From the human T2T-CHM13v2.0 reference genome, Homo sapiens: a stretch of DNA of 64,000 nucleotides. Shown piece by piece: positions 62,793 through 64,000 of this stretch; within the stretch, counting starts at the first letter, position 1; every line of letters starts with the position of its first letter. The stretch lies in NCBI RefSeq assembly GCF_009914755.1, contig NC_060926.1. One strand, 5' to 3'. A program made the position numbers and the translations under genes. Below the pieces are notes generated by a model. That model saw only the letters and a list, made by a program, of their open reading frames with translations, was not told the origin of the DNA and made no database searches.

Positions 62793-63022
62793 CACCAATA
62801 TCTGTCATCATGTAGGCACAGCCAAGGTGAACTGAAGCAGGATACGAACACTCAGTACATTCATGACTATCTTCATACATTCCTGAAATGATCCTAGAGA
62901 TCACCTTGGGAATAGCAAAGTGGTCATAATAACAAACCTAAATCAAGGAGTTTGAAAACCTGCAGCCACGACCTAGTAGGACTTCACTTGCCTCTCAAGA
63001 CTAAAGTATTTTGAATTCAGGA

Positions 63023-63540
63023 TTTTTTTTTTTTTTTTTTTTGAGACAGGGTCTTGCTCTGTAAGTACAGTGGCCCAACCATGGCTCACTGCAACCTGGA
63101 TCTCCTGGGCTCAAGTGATCCTCCCACCTCAACCTCCTCAGTAGGCGGAACCACAGGTACACATGCCACCACACCCAGCTAAATTTTTTTTGGAGTGACC
63201 GGTCTCACGATGTTGCCCAGGCTGGTCTTGAATTCCTTGAGCTCAAACTCTTATTTTAAATTATCCAGGGATAATTTTAAAATGGATAACTTAAAATGGA
63301 TATTTTAAATGGATAATTTAAAATAAGAGTGCCTTAAAGCTTCCTGATCCTACGGCAAGAAGCAAACGTCTGGGGGGAACACTGGAAACTGAGGTCATCT
63401 CTACAGGAACCCAAGTGGATATTTTAAATGGATAATTTAAAATAAGAGTGACTTAAAGCCTCCATTAATCAAGGCAATGATCCTCCTGTATTAGCCTCCC
63501 AAAGTGCTGGGATTGTAGGTGTGAGCCACTGCCCCTGGCC
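63023..63540 (-). mobile_element. AluJ-like element split by a ~227-bp non-Alu insertion
   Basis: Reverse Alu breaks at ...gagctcaa (63246) and resumes at gatcctcct...cctcccaaagtgctggg (~63479). Confidence 0.9.
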
Positions 63541-63822
63541 AGGAAAATTTTAAATTGTATGATTACACTATGATCCTCTACAGTAAAAAAAAAAATACAT
63601 TTCAGGGCTATCAAAATATATAAAAGTAACATATGTAAAATACACAGAATAGTGCATGACACTAAAATAGTATTTATTAAGTTCATAAATTTTACTGCAT
63701 TTTACTTTGACTTTAAATGTACATTTTTCTAATGCCTAATAAATACCTAATCTTACTATCTTCTTTATTTTTAAGGCCAGAAACTGAACTACATACTCAG
63801 TTTGACTTTTAGATAAGAGTTT

Positions 63823-64000
63823 TGGCCAGGCATGATAGCTCAACCCTGTAATCCCAGCACTTTGGGAGGCCAAGGTAGGCAGACTGCTTGAGGTCAGGAG
63901 TTCAAGACCAGCCTGGTCATCATGGAGAAACCCCGTCTCTACTAAAAATACAAAAAAATCAGCGGGGCGTGGTGGCGGAGACTATAGTTCCAGCTGCTCA
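63823..64000 (+). mobile_element. Alu (partial, window edge)
   Basis: Alu consensus. Confidence 0.92.

Overview
Human (hominoid) genomic DNA from the middle of the ATF2 gene (activating transcription factor 2, CRE-BP1), which is transcribed on the minus strand. I could place one 5'UTR exon (55847-55945) and nine coding exons (41202-41276 down to 2228-2377). All have GT-AG boundaries, and together they give 978 nt of CDS, ATF2 aa 1-326: the C2H2 zinc finger, the TPTP MAPK sites and the Pro/Ser-rich region. The first exon/promoter and the bZIP exons lie outside the window. The rest is intron, dense with Alus, a full-length SVA, solo LTRs (LTR10-, MER4-, MST- and MLT1-like), old L1/L2 fragments and Tigger/Charlie DNA-transposon relics. 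Most entries in the ORF track are repeat-derived noise. I see no new multi-gene system. The best leads are: (i) a 15-codon uORF spanning exons 2-3 that becomes an in-frame N-terminus if the 75-nt ATG exon is skipped; (ii) a mosaic, locally templated ~227-bp insertion inside an Alu; (iii) a 48-bp non-SVA leader inside the SVA target-site duplication; (iv) two candidate cassette exons. Repeat family names are from recalled consensus sequences, not from a database search, and repeat boundaries are approximate.
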